Assembly (NCBI GenBank): GCA_025603075.1
Contig: MU626284.1
Span: forward strand, 62,001-126,000
Direction of reading: 5' to 3'
Length of the DNA: 64,000 nucleotides
Source of the DNA: Neoconidiobolus thromboides FSU 785
Taxonomy: Eukaryota; Fungi; Entomophthoromycota
Shown: positions 49,918-62,621 of the stretch, piece by piece
Layout: every line of letters begins with the position of its first letter
Position numbering within the stretch: the first letter of the stretch is position 1
Translations under genes and position numbers: made by a program
The notes under the pieces: generated by a model
What the model was told of the DNA's origin: nothing
Databases searched by the model: none
What the model saw: only the letters and a program-made list of their open reading frames with translations

Positions 49918-50314
49918 TGTTATTGGTATTAATAAAACGCTTTTATAACATTGTTTCTATTAAATTCAGATTGGGCTAATCCACTCATTTTAAAACTTTT
50001 ATAATCATTATTCTTTAACGCTGTCCTTTGAATTATCTACCACTCAATAGATAAAGTAGGAACGGGTGGAGAAGATGAATAGAACGTCAGTATGGTTGAT
50101 TGAAGGTGTGATTATTCATCTAGGTTGACAATGCTTTAAACGATCTATACAGCATTTTATAATAATTTTTAATCATAATGATGCATGTTGAATTTTTATT
50201 GCATAAAAATAAAGCAGTTTAAAAACATATGAAAACATTTAATTTAAGGAACTATTTTATTTAAATAAAGAAAATATCATACTCGAAATAAGCTCAACCT
50301 ATTATGTTAATGAT

Positions 50315-50962
50315 CTATTTATCTTTGTCTTCTTTATCTTCTTTCTTCTCATCCTTCTTTTTATCTTTCTTCTCATCCTTCTTTTTATCTTTTTTGTTTT
50401 TCTTATCCTTATTGTCTTTTTTGTTTTTCTTGTTCTTCTTGTTCTTCTTCTTATCCGTTTTAGCTACTTTCTTATCCTTTTTACTTTCCTTTTTAAACTC
50501 TGAAATTTTACCACCACATTCCACCTTCATATATTTGCCTTGATCAAGTGATTTTTCCAAAGCTTCTTTAATAGCTTCGCCCTTCACCTTCTTGTCTTTA
50601 GCGCATTTATTTTCCGCTATTACTGCAGCATAGTTCTTTTTAGCTTTTTTAAGGGTAAAGACAGACCACTTCTTTTTGTTCTTTCTAGTTGTGCCAGCAT
50701 ATACTACTTTGGCCTTCTTTTTGGAGGCTTTCTTTTCGGATTTCGTAAGCTTCTTTTTAGATCCCTTAGACTTCTTGATAGACTTCTTGATATCTCTGAT
50801 ATCCCCGGTTGGTAAGTCTTCGATCGGACCTTCAAATTCCTCCTTTACCTTTTCTGGTGCACTAGTTAACTTGATCTTTGACAAGGATTTGCTTCTTGGA
50901 GAAGCTTCAACTGCCGAAATGGCAAATAAGCAAGCTGCAACTAAAAGATAGGTAAATTTCAT
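50315..50962 (-). CDS. Secreted lysine-rich protein with a K/D/E low-complexity C-terminus
   Basis: Signal peptide MKFTYLLVAACLFAISAVEA, two Cys, and KKNKKD/KKKDEKKD repeats. Confidence 0.8.
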   Translation of the reverse strand: MKFTYLLVAACLFAISAVEASPRSKSLSKIKLTSAPEKVKEEFEGPIEDLPTGDIRDIKKSIKKSKGSKKKLTKSEKKASKKKAKVVYAGTTRKNKKKWSVFTLKKAKKNYAAVIAENKCAKDKKVKGEAIKEALEKSLDQGKYMKVECGGKISEFKKESKKDKKVAKTDKKKNKKNKKNKKDNKDKKNKKDKKKDEKKDKKKDEKKEDKEDKDK

Positions 50963-52272
50963 GATATTATATTATAATTACAAGTTGAGAGAAAAGAAGA
51001 AAAAAGGAAGTTTTTTATAGTCAGAGTATTGGTTCTTGATTAAAAGGAATTGAATATTTCTATAATTAATTACTTTAATTGAAATAAGAAATTTATTGCC
51101 TATTTTGTCAAATCCAATTTTTAAGGAATTAAATATTTCAAAATTTAATAAAATTTAAAAAATTGAAGCTTTATTAAGTAAGTTTTAAACTGAAAGTAAT
51201 AAATACCAATACATAGTATTGGCTATATGCCCATATATAGTTTTATAATGGTATATTGTCTAGTATTTATTATAACAATGATAGTACCTCATGCTATAAA
51301 CTATAGATTATGGTAACTTGAGATATTGTTTTATGTTATTAAACTACTTAATTAATAAATTCTGATCACTAAGTGCTATTAGCTTATTAATTTTATTATC
51401 GTTTTTTCGGTAACATGTTTCTAAAATTAACTAAAATAAAGCAACAACTAAACCTTAATACCATATGTTTTATTTAATAAACGGATCAGTATAGCTACAA
51501 CTTAAAAACATAAGTTCCATAGTAGTGTTTTATACCTGATTATTAAATTATGTCTTACTTGATAGCGTTAAAATACAAAATAATTTGTTAAGTGAAAGTA
51601 AAAATTGTAAGAACTTCAATTAATAACTCTTGGAAAATATTATAACGGTTCTATTTATAATGTTATATTTATTTTAAAAATAAAATAAAGCGTAAATAAT
51701 CGGAATTAAGTAATTTATAAAACAATATAAATACCCCTCTATTACTATAACAATTCAATGTTCCAATCAAATCCTATATCAAAATCAAGAGTAATAAATT
51801 TAAGTATATTAAACACCTTTTTTATAAATATATAACATTGACAGCTTTAGCAATTACAAGCAAAAAATTAATAAAAACTAAACAAAACAGTATGAATTTG
51901 TAGTATTTTGTTTGATTTTTTTGACTGCAATTAATAAAAACCATCAGTGTTGTATGTATTCGTAAAAAATGTGTATAACCATTGGATTTTTGTTATAAAG
52001 CAGCTAATAATCAACTAATACTAGCTTTTAAGACCAAAATCAAGTAATAAATGAAATGCTTTTTTACTCAATTATTTTCTCTTTTTATATAACACAAAAT
52101 TTAGAAATGATTACTAGCTAATCACTAAAACGAGAACATCTACCAAGTTATTCTCTATTTAAATAAGAATGAGCTAGCTGGCCTTGTTTTCTTATCATTT
52201 GTACGCTTTTTATATTTATTGAAAAAGACAGTATTTTTCAATATCTTTTAGTGATTTTATATTTAACAATAT

Positions 52273-52357
52273 GGGGATGTTTTTTTCATCACTTCCATTT
52301 TTTAAGTGTTATTTGAGTAGAAAAGCTGCTAATAAAATTTTTAAAAAACACTTCCCC
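52273..52357 (+). mobile_element. MITE family A copy (internally deleted)
   Basis: GGGGATGT...TTCCCC ends. Flanks are ATAT/ATAT. Confidence 0.85.
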
Positions 52358-52629
52358 ATATTGTATACCATTTTTACAAACCCAGCTGTAATTTATTCAA
52401 ATATACAAACTAACTAAAAATCTTTTATGTGTTAAGCTAATCAATCCTTATTTGGTTATATTAAAACTAAATTATAAAATCTATTATTACTAGTAGTCTA
52501 TTTTGCTACTCTTTCTTCTCTAAATAAGTGCCTGATTTCATAGAAGCAATTTCACTTAACTTTAGATAAATACAGCTCAATAAATACCGATTCTATAAGT
52601 TTCACTTTATTACCATTAGAAAGATATAT

Positions 52630-52727
52630 AGGGATGTGTTTTTGTGTTTAAGAATTTTACTAACAAATTTTCCGCTTAAATAGCGCTTAAAAAATGGAAA
52701 AAATAATGAAGCCAAAAAAACACTCCC
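52630..52727 (-). mobile_element. MITE family A copy
   Basis: AGGGATGTG...CACTCCC ends. Flanks are ATAT/ATAT. Confidence 0.88.
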
Positions 52728-53553
52728 ATATATCATCTTGTTTATTTTTGATATAAATATAAAGCCTTTACAAAACCAGAGTAGTATTTTTTTTCATAAG
52801 TATCATTTTTAACCATTAAGCAGTTATTTAATCAAAAAATATTACTAAGAATTGATAAGAATAGTTAAATAGTAAATAAAAAATTCTTTTATTTAATACT
52901 CATATTTATATTACAATTATTTATATTAAAATGTATTATTTGATTAATTTGTATAAAAATGTTGTTTACTTGCTTCTAATTTAGCATCTCAAAAGATTAC
53001 TAAAATAAACTAAATACCTTTGTAAGTTCGTAAGCTAGTATACATGAATGTTTTATATAGGCTAAAATAAGTTTAAAGTTCTGCAAAGCATTAGACTGTT
53101 TTTATTAGAAAAATAAACAAAATATTTGAACACTTTGTATTTAAAAAATGGATTTATTAAAATATTAAAACCTCTTGAAACTTATATGCTCTTATACAAC
53201 TTTTATTATTTAATTAGAATAGTTTATGCATTATGGGATATTTAGTATACTATAGTATCTAAATAAAAATGTAACAAATTTTATAGAATTTACAGTTTAA
53301 AAAATTATACTTGTATAATAGTATCAAATAATAAAAATATTACTTCATTTATTAACATGACCATTTTATACAAGCTTTCAAAGTAATAATTATTTAATGT
53401 TTTAAATCAATAAATTTGATGTAAAACAATGGACTATTAATTCTTAATAAGTAAGTAATAAGCAAAAATAAAATATTGAAGACACAAATAATAAATAGCT
53501 GTTTATTGTAAAGTAATTAATGATAACACCAAAGGAAAAGAAAGAAAAAAAAA

Positions 53554-54431
53554 TTAAATATCGTTTAAAAACGCTCTACTAAAATTTTCTAGAAACTCAT
53601 CATCATCATTAGAAGTTATAGTTGTAGAGGAAGTAGGGATAGTAGCTGTAGAAGTGGATTGAGTTATAAAGGAATAATCTGGATTAAAAAAATGATCAAA
53701 TAAATTTAAAGCTGGAGAAGGTTGTGAATAATCCGTAGTATCTAAATAGTCGGTAGAGACTTCCTCTTGTTTTTTGATTTTTCTCACTTTTTTACTTTGT
53801 TCTACTTTTTCTTTTCGTTTCCTTCTTGCTTCTTGTTTATGTGGATTTAATGCGGTGTTAAAATGATTTTTAATGGAATTATCGGGTCTAAAATTAAGAA
53901 TTTAATATAAAATATAAGCTATTAAATAAAATTTAATCTACCTTCCAACTAATTGCTTTGAAATAGTGGCCCATTTGGGACCAATTTTATGATACATATC
54001 TAAGATTATTTGATTTTCTTGGTCAGTAAATGGGGCTTTATTTACTAATATAAAGTTAATATCTTAATACATTAAAAGAAATAAATAGCACTACCATTTG
54101 GATCAAGGTGATTATGCCATCTCTCTCTACATTGTTTACCAGTACGTGTTTTTATAACTCGACCAAAAGAGGACCATGAAATTGTATTTTTATTTTCATT
54201 CATGAGTTGAATTAATAAGCCATCTTCTTCCTTTGTCCAAGCTCCCTTTTTTGGTTTTTTTTTGATAGTTGGTACAAGTTCATTGATAGTACTATCATCA
54301 GAGCAAGATAAAGATAAATTGGGGGAAGAAGAGTTTAAAGCTAAAGCTAAATTGTCTTCATGTACTTGAATCCAATTGACTTCGTCATTGTTTAATAACG
54401 CGGAATTAAATAAACTATTAATTTGTTCCAT
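53554..54431 (-). CDS. R2R3 Myb-domain transcription factor
   Basis: 3 exons (54431-54095, 54044-53942, 53888-53554). KGAWTKEED..., RTGKQCRERWHNHLDP, KAPFTDQEN...GPKWATISKQLVGRPDNSIKNHFN. Confidence 0.9.
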
Positions 54432-56865
54432 TATATAAATAAAAAAAATAAACGTTTAAAATTTCATTGTTTTTCATATTTATATTTTACCCCCTTAGAT
54501 TTATTTTTTCCCCTCCTTTTTTTGATTTCTCCAGTTGGCTAATTAGTTATGCCCCAACTGCCCCTTTTTGATTACAGCTTCTTTTCAATACTTGAATAGC
54601 AATTTCTTATTTCATTTGCTCATTTTAACCTGTTAAATTAATTTTCATTTGAATCCATTGTTATTGTTATTAAAATCATAACAAATATTATAGAATACTA
54701 TCAAACCTATCTATTTAGAACCACTATTATAAGCCACAGGTGATTCAATCTTTTTTTAAGAAGTGGAGTCTTGGCTTAGAATAAAAGATCTAATTCATTA
54801 AATAAGCTAGCTTGATGTTTTAGTAGCTCAATTATTATTATGATTATTAAAAGTAAAAGTCCTTGGCTAACACCTATTTTTAATGATTTATTACATAAAA
54901 GTCAATTATTTATAACTACACACATTTTTTAAAAGTACCCTCAATAGGTTTTATCATCCGTATATAGCAACTTGTGTTTTTTAATATCAAAAATTCATAA
55001 ACTATAAAAAACAAAACTTTAGAATTATTTGATAATAAATATTTGATATAAAATACCTTACAACAATACTATACTATAATAGAACCTATTCAATTGTGTA
55101 ATTAACAAATGACGTTATTATTTTATGAAACGTCACTTAAGAATGTGATATTTATTCAAATCCTCATATGGCTTTTAGCTAAAAACTGTTGATATTTTAA
55201 ACCAATTATCCTTTTATAATAATAAAAGTTTCGAAAATATAACAATAAAAAACTAGAAATAACAGTTGATATTTTATAAATAGCATAAAAGATAATAGTT
55301 AATATCCTAACCTAATAACTATGCCTCTAGATCATTAATATTTTTATCCCTTATTCTCCCTGTTTTAATAGTTTGATCGTTATTTAATGTTATTCAACCT
55401 CCTGAGTGTTGAAGCACTTTTAATTGTTTACAAATAGCTTGAATAGTTCTAGTGTTTTTATAGATCTTTAATATTGAGTTTAATTTATTATCAAGTATTT
55501 GAATTTAATTTTTATATTCTCTTTTAACTTCTATTTTTTTATATTTGAAAATTTTAAACTTATTATTTTTGGGAAGTTGTTGAGTATTTTCAAATGTTAA
55601 ACATGAAATAAAGTAGTATCTTCTTTAGTTTCCTTCATTTGTCTATTTTTTATGGGATATAAAATTAACGAAGTAATATTTACATGTCATTTATTAAATT
55701 TTAATGCTTTAAAATGAAGTTTTGATATATAACTTTAATTTGAAAGACTATAACTCGTATACTATATCAACTTTGCATTCTTTTGTTATCATATTAAATT
55801 AAAATAATAACGGAGCAGGAATTATGTTTAAAAATATAAATAGACTTAGGGATAAAAAATTTAAAAACAATTAGAGATTAATACATCTATTGTAACTCTT
55901 TTGTGACTATTTTAGCGATGATTTTTATAATCAACTTATTTATTAGCCTATTTTTTAATGCCTAGTCCATATATTAATGCCAATTTTGACATAATTTTTT
56001 CCCTTAGATTAATAGCTAGTTATGCCACAAAACAGTTATACTGTGTAGAATAGTTTTCGGGCAAATCTTATTATTCTGATCTATTCAAAGTACTGCAAAA
56101 GTTGCAGTGATAGAAATGAATAAAAAGAATAATAGAATAGCCCTTCTATTTAGCCAAGAATCCACCTTAAAGGCTAATTAATGCGTAAAAAATATTACAT
56201 AATGAGTTAACATTGGTACGATAAAAAATCAATTTTTTACTATAAAAGATAATAATTTTGTGCTTTTAACTTAGGTATCCTATTATCCTATGTCTCTTTC
56301 CTTAACTTTGTTTTGCCACTCCTTTATTTTTATTTTTATTTTTACATTTTATAAATTAATTTTGAGATTAATTAAGGTAATGAAAATCTTTGATCTTAAA
56401 TTTAAGAATTTAAATTGAGTTTCTTCTTTTTATAGACTCGATTTAATCAACCTTCTCTCAAACCTATAGTTAATAATTGTTTATTACGTATCCAATCATC
56501 AACGCATGGTAAATATAGGAGCTAATTGATTTGTGGATTATTATTGTTTAGCAAATCAGATAAAGATCACTCAACCATTTGAAGTAAAACCAATTTAAAA
56601 TGAACAACTAAATAAAGTCAAAGTTGAATTAATCGCAACCAATTCACCTTTTATATTGAACTAATGAGCGAATTTAAATAAGAAGTGTTCCAAAGATAGC
56701 TTTTTAATGGGGCCGTTTGAAGTTTTTTAAGTTACAAAATTAGTAAGATTTAAATTTATAACCAACTAGTTTGATATCATTTTTAATAATTTGATTAAAA
56801 AAGTTCAAATTTCATATTATTTGTTAACTTTTTTATTTTATCTTCTTTCAACTTGAATTAAGTGG

Positions 56866-58560
56866 ATGGATAATAACTCTACAAACTTAGAACAGTATAA
56901 ACTGGATCAAATCAATCAAGTGGAATTAACTCCTTCAATTATAGATGAATTAAGATTTAATGAAGAACAAGAGATTAACCGTGAGATTGATTCCATAATA
57001 CAACAGAAACCAAATAGTTTTCCAAAAGCTGTACCTTTTGTAACAATTAATGAATTTGGTGAACGCTTTTGTTATAATGGTATTAAGCCATTAGTATTTT
57101 TATTTTTAGCAAGAGTAGCTGGTTTAAAAAAAGAGAGTGCCAAAACTCAATTTCATGTTTGGGTTAGTTTGACCAATTTATTCCCACTAATTGGAGCTGC
57201 ATTATCGGATAGCTACTTTGGGAAATATAATACAATTGTTGTTATGTCCATTATTTATCTTGTTGGTACATCGCTTTTATCCGTATTTTCTATTAATGAT
57301 TTACTTTGGGATTATACTCAAAGCGAAGACAATTTTCCTTTGTGGACTATTTTATTTTCCCTTTATTTAATTGGTATAGGAACAGGGGGTATTAAGCCAT
57401 GTATTGCTTCTCATGGCGGTGATCAATTTCCACCATCTCATTATCATTTATTATCACGTTTCTTTTTATTCTTTTTTTGGGCAGCCAATATCGGTTCCAT
57501 GTTTGCAGGTATATTATCACCAATTATAAAAGATAATATCACATGTTTTGGTACTAAATGTTATTTTGCCTCCTTTGGATTATGTGCCATTGTATTAGCT
57601 ATCTCACTTACCTTTTTTATATTTGGATCCCCATTTTATCGTGTGATACCACCACCTAAAGAATTTTTACCCTGGAAAGCCATTAAAACAGCCATATCCG
57701 CTAGAAAGTTATGGAGTAAAGCACCAGCTAATGAAAAAGAATTATACGGTCATTGGCTTAATTTTGCAGATGATTTAGTTGGTGCCCATTTTACTGAAGA
57801 AATTCGATTATTGGGTAAAGTAATTGTTATGTTTGTCCCATTTATATTTTTCTTTATTCTATTTGATCAATATAATAGTGAATGGCAGCATCAAATTGAA
57901 TTTATGGATCGTCGTATTGGGACCAACCTTACCTTTTCAACTGAACTTAGCAATTATTTTAATACAATATTAATTATGTTTTTAATCCCACTTTTTAATT
58001 ACATAATATACCCTTACCTTAGAAAAAAGAATATAAGTTTTAAATTATTAGATCGTATGGGCTTAGGTTATTTACTTGTTTTGATCGCTTTTATTATTAG
58101 TAATATATTACAATATCAAGTTGATTATTATTATAACAATGTATCGCACTCAATTGTACCTGTAGCAGATTTAGAAGTGACTTCATGTGATGGTTGTTTA
58201 ACTTGGGTATGGCAAATACCACAATGGATTATCTTATCCCTTGGAGAAGCTTTAGTAATGCCAACTGCATTTGAGTTTGCTTATTCTCAAGTAGGTACAC
58301 AAATGAAAGCTAGTTCCTCTTCATTATGGTTATTATCAAGTGCTTTAGGAAATATCATCGTCTCAATATTAGAAGCTATATTACAACAAGTAGATTTATA
58401 TATACGATTATGGTTATATGTTGGATTATCAGCATTTGGATTTATAGTGTTTTTGTTATTGAAACGATACTATTACGTTTATAAAGAAGATGAAATGGAA
58501 ATATATGATGATGGTGAAGAAACATTTTCACCAAGTAATAATGATTTATCACAATCATGA
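56866..58560 (+). CDS. Proton-dependent oligopeptide transporter (POT/PTR2/SLC15 family)
   Basis: Intronless 564-aa ORF with NEFGERFCYNG, ALSDSYFGKYNT, GTGGIKPCIASHGGDQF and EFAYSQ. Confidence 0.93.
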   Translation: MDNNSTNLEQYKLDQINQVELTPSIIDELRFNEEQEINREIDSIIQQKPNSFPKAVPFVTINEFGERFCYNGIKPLVFLFLARVAGLKKESAKTQFHVWVSLTNLFPLIGAALSDSYFGKYNTIVVMSIIYLVGTSLLSVFSINDLLWDYTQSEDNFPLWTILFSLYLIGIGTGGIKPCIASHGGDQFPPSHYHLLSRFFLFFFWAANIGSMFAGILSPIIKDNITCFGTKCYFASFGLCAIVLAISLTFFIFGSPFYRVIPPPKEFLPWKAIKTAISARKLWSKAPANEKELYGHWLNFADDLVGAHFTEEIRLLGKVIVMFVPFIFFFILFDQYNSEWQHQIEFMDRRIGTNLTFSTELSNYFNTILIMFLIPLFNYIIYPYLRKKNISFKLLDRMGLGYLLVLIAFIISNILQYQVDYYYNNVSHSIVPVADLEVTSCDGCLTWVWQIPQWIILSLGEALVMPTAFEFAYSQVGTQMKASSSSLWLLSSALGNIIVSILEAILQQVDLYIRLWLYVGLSAFGFIVFLLLKRYYYVYKEDEMEIYDDGEETFSPSNNDLSQS

Positions 58561-59182
58561 CATTGAAAAATGGATTTTGAGTATTATTTATTATTTATGA
58601 TCTATTGAAAAAATGAAATTGAATTAAGATTATATTGAATTTCATTGTTATTAAAAATTAAGTTAATAGTTTGACTTAAAGATTGAAATAGGAATGATTA
58701 ATACATATAATCATTGATCGAAGTTTTTCTTTTAAAATGTAGTTTTTTTGTTTAATAAAAATTTTTGTCTTTTTTTATAGAGTTATTGTCTTCTATTAAG
58801 TTTGCTTATCAATTTTAATGTGAAATGGGATCTAATTAAACTAAAATAAGTTTTCTTAAATAATTTTTTGAAGAAAAGAAAAGCTGGTAAGTGGCTTCTT
58901 AAGAAACTTAATAGGATAATGATAATAGTCAAGATCTTAAGAAATCAATACTAGCTTTCATGTTAGAGCTAAGGCAAAGTTTAATAACTATCTACTTCAT
59001 CAATCTAAGTTATTTTTGAAACTTAACTAAAACTAACTAGATTTATAAGACTATAATACAATGTCAATAAAAATTGGCCTAAAATTGAAGGCCTAACTTT
59101 AGATGTCAGTTTAACCTCAGCTAAAAAATTATTAAACAAAATTTGAATTTAAGCCTATTTGAATCCAACTTTTAAATAATAT

Positions 59183-59246
59183 GGGAATGTGCTATTTTAT
59201 TTAAAATTTTGCTACAATTTTTTCACTCACATAGCGCTTAAAAAAT
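59183..59246 (-). mobile_element. Truncated MITE family A copy
   Basis: GGGAATGTG end and the reversed core TTTTTCACTCACATAGCGCTTAAAAAAT. The other end is missing. Confidence 0.6.
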
Positions 59247-60148
59247 ATCACTATATTTGTAACAAATTTAAAATTTATTACTTTTAGTACAATAAAAGTT
59301 AAAGGATTTTCTCATAACTGTTGCGGCTCTTTTAGGACCTATCAAAAGCTTTTTTGAAAGAAAAAGATATTAAAAGTTGCTCAAATATATCAATCAGGTT
59401 TTTAAAACCAATTGTGAAATTAAATTAGTTCTAAAAATTACTTGTAAAGAGATCATAAAAGAGATGGAACAATTATATTGGAGGAATTTTTTAATATTTG
59501 AAACTAATTTTATTTTTTAAGCTTATTTCTACTTTTGAAATTCAATAATTGATAATCCCAACAATTTCAAGTTCAAACTTTAATGCAGCTAAAAAAGGGT
59601 AATAATAGCCCATTATAAAGTAGTATGAATATTCAAAATGATAATATCAGCTACTCATACTAATAGCTTTCACTTTATCTTTGGTCTTTCAAACCAACTA
59701 CTTTATTTTATTATTATTTGAAAAAGATCCAAAATAGCAAATACCTAGTGTTGTCTAATAGCTTAAAAATGAAATTCATTTTAATTGGTAAAAATTCCAT
59801 TGAAGAACCAATGATTGAACTTAAATTTTGAATTTAAATACTTAAAAAGAAATACTCCGAAACTCATGAAACGTTGTTCAGTTTTATCAATTAAGTAAAT
59901 GAGGATTAAGACTAATATTTTTTAAAGTTTGAAATCTAATATAAAACGTTATAAATTTACTAGTTAAAACGTATTAATAAAATTCTATTTATTTTTGAAT
60001 TTTTCTTTTATTTATATTTTTATATCTTTTTATCAAAAACAACCTATCATATAATTTAACCATGATCCGTACTAATGTAAATTATTCTACTAATTTAACA
60101 TCCAAATATTAACTTATTTCATTTAATTAGCGCGGACGTAGCAACACG

Positions 60149-61603
60149 ATGAGTAAGAGTATACGTGCTGTTTTTGATTTAGAAGATTCTCAATTGAGTC
60201 TCAATTCCTCAAAAGAAAAAATAGTGACTTATTCTGAAATTAAAAAGCATTATTTTCAACAAAGTATCTCTTCAGAAATTGGAAATCCACCAGATATGTT
60301 AAGTGAAAACTCTTCATCCAGTGAAAGGGAATCTGATTTATCCACACCAAATGAATCTAACGATATTAAATTAAATAATGGAGGGAAAGATCCAGCATAT
60401 CAAAATGAACTTGAAAAGGCGATCCTAGAATCAGAAGGTTATTTAGTGTTATCAAGAGAAGACATTTATAAAATAAAAACTGAATTGCTCAATTTAACTT
60501 CCCGCTCTCAATCTTTAACCGAACGTTATGAATTAGAAACCAAAGTACGAGATGCAGCTTTATCCTTACGTCAACTTCATTCCAGTAATAAAAAAATGAT
60601 GGACCAAGCAGAAGAACAATTAGAAAAAGCTAATGATAAATTAAATCAATTAATTTCGGAAATTTGGCAAGTTAAAAATCAAATTTGGTCATATCAAAAA
60701 AGATTGAGTCAACATCATGCAGCCATTCTCGTCCTCGAAGTCAAACGTAAGAATAAAGAAGACAATAGAAGTAATATGGCAGTTATATCAGAATCCTTTA
60801 GTAGAAAGAAAGAGAGAAGGGAAGATAATGGGTTAGAAAGAGCACTCTCTTTATTAGATAAGAAAGAAAAGTTAATATTAGAATTACAAAAGGAAAGAGA
60901 AGGATTCGATTATGAGAGTTTAAAAGAAGAAAATTTCAAATTAAAATTGGAAGTGGGAAGTAAGAAAGAAATTGAAAAACAATTAGCTATTGAAAGAGTA
61001 GAAAAGGAAGAAATGAGAAACAAATTAAAATTAACAGAAAAAGAAAATGAATTATTAATAAAATCGAAAGGAGAAGGAGAATTAATACAAAAATTAAAAG
61101 AATGTCAACAAGAAGTAGAAAAACATTATTCAAGAAATTTAAAAATAAACGAACAGTTAGCTGCTTTATATCATCAATTACCTAACTTTGAAGATGAAAA
61201 AGAAGAGAATCAACGATATAATTTTCAAAATTTTCTTCAAACAGTACAAAATTTAGTATTAGAAAATCAAGATTTAATTGATAAAATGTTAATATTACAA
61301 GATAGAAATAGTTTATTAGAAACTAAAATTCAAAATTATGATAATGAAATGAAAAATAAATTAAGTATTAACGAAGTGGAAGAATTATTATATGATATTG
61401 ATAATGAATTAAATACAATTAAAATGGAAAATGAAAATTTAAAAAATCAAATGGAATTAGAAAAAAAAAATCAATTAAAGATGAAAGATGAATGGACAAA
61501 TGATAAACATATATTAAATAATCAATTAATTGAATTACAAAAAGAATTAGAAACAAAAGATTTATTATGTGTGAAATATCAACAAATATTAAATAATTTA
61601 TAA
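60149..61603 (+). CDS. Uds1 (up-regulated during septation) domain coiled-coil protein
   Basis: SEGYLVLSREDI...SRSQSLTERYELETKVRDAALSL...KRLSQHHAAIL, followed by a long coiled coil. Confidence 0.75.
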   Translation: MSKSIRAVFDLEDSQLSLNSSKEKIVTYSEIKKHYFQQSISSEIGNPPDMLSENSSSSERESDLSTPNESNDIKLNNGGKDPAYQNELEKAILESEGYLVLSREDIYKIKTELLNLTSRSQSLTERYELETKVRDAALSLRQLHSSNKKMMDQAEEQLEKANDKLNQLISEIWQVKNQIWSYQKRLSQHHAAILVLEVKRKNKEDNRSNMAVISESFSRKKERREDNGLERALSLLDKKEKLILELQKEREGFDYESLKEENFKLKLEVGSKKEIEKQLAIERVEKEEMRNKLKLTEKENELLIKSKGEGELIQKLKECQQEVEKHYSRNLKINEQLAALYHQLPNFEDEKEENQRYNFQNFLQTVQNLVLENQDLIDKMLILQDRNSLLETKIQNYDNEMKNKLSINEVEELLYDIDNELNTIKMENENLKNQMELEKKNQLKMKDEWTNDKHILNNQLIELQKELETKDLLCVKYQQILNNL

Positions 61604-61800
61604 TATTGAAAAAGGAATTTTACAAATATTATTATTTTGCATTTTAAGCTCAAATTTATTTCGATAATGAAACTTCACTTCTTACTTATATAATATTATA
61701 TCTTTATTCTTTATTTATTTATTTTCTATTTAATAATAATAAAAATCCAAATTTGTATTAAATTATTAATTAATTAATTATTATATTTATAAAACAGCTA

Positions 61801-61858
61801 AATAAAATAAAAAATAAAAAATAAAAATAAAATAAAAAATAAAAAATAAAAATAAAAT

Positions 61859-61890
<32 letters not shown>

Positions 61891-61906
61891 TAAAATAAAA
61901 AATAAA
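61801..61906. repeat. Pure A/T tandem repeat (A4-5T)n
   Basis: About 105 bp of alternating AAAAT/AAAAAT units between two convergent stop codons. Confidence 0.9.
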
Positions 61907-61938
61907 CTTCATTTTATTATTATTAAAAGAAAATTAAT

Positions 61939-62577
61939 TTAATTAAATAATCGATTCATTAATTCTTTTTTAAATTCAAATAATTTTTTAACTTCTAATA
62001 CATTCACTTCAATCTTTAATTTTTTGTCTAAATAAATCAAGGGATAACAGAATCTTTTAATATTTTTGTTAGAAGGATACCATATTTTCCCACCTCTTCC
62101 ATTAACCCAAGATTGATTTAAATATTCTCCAAAAATTAATAACTTTAATTTATTAATTCTTAATTGAATTTCATATTGATATTGAATATCTAATTGCATT
62201 TGTTGAATTATATAATTAAATGATTTAACAGATCGATATTTTATAAAATATTTTAAGATGTCAAATGCTTGTGATAAATCATTAGTAATTGAAAATTGAG
62301 TTGCTAATAAATATGATTTTTGATCTTGAATTTTATTAAGATGTTGTTTTAATTTATTATTTAATTTTTGATTAATATATGTTTCTACTATATTTGTTAT
62401 ATATTGTATACTTTTATTATTTGATTTATCTTTAGATATAATAGTTGTTAAAAGTGTATGATTATTTTGTAACATGAGTTTATCTTGATAATTTTGATTT
62501 CTTAATTTATAACATTGATAAAATATTACAAATTGTTCAAGTTTTGTATATTGATTAAACCAAGTAGTCATTGTTAA

Positions 62578-62621
<44 letters not shown>

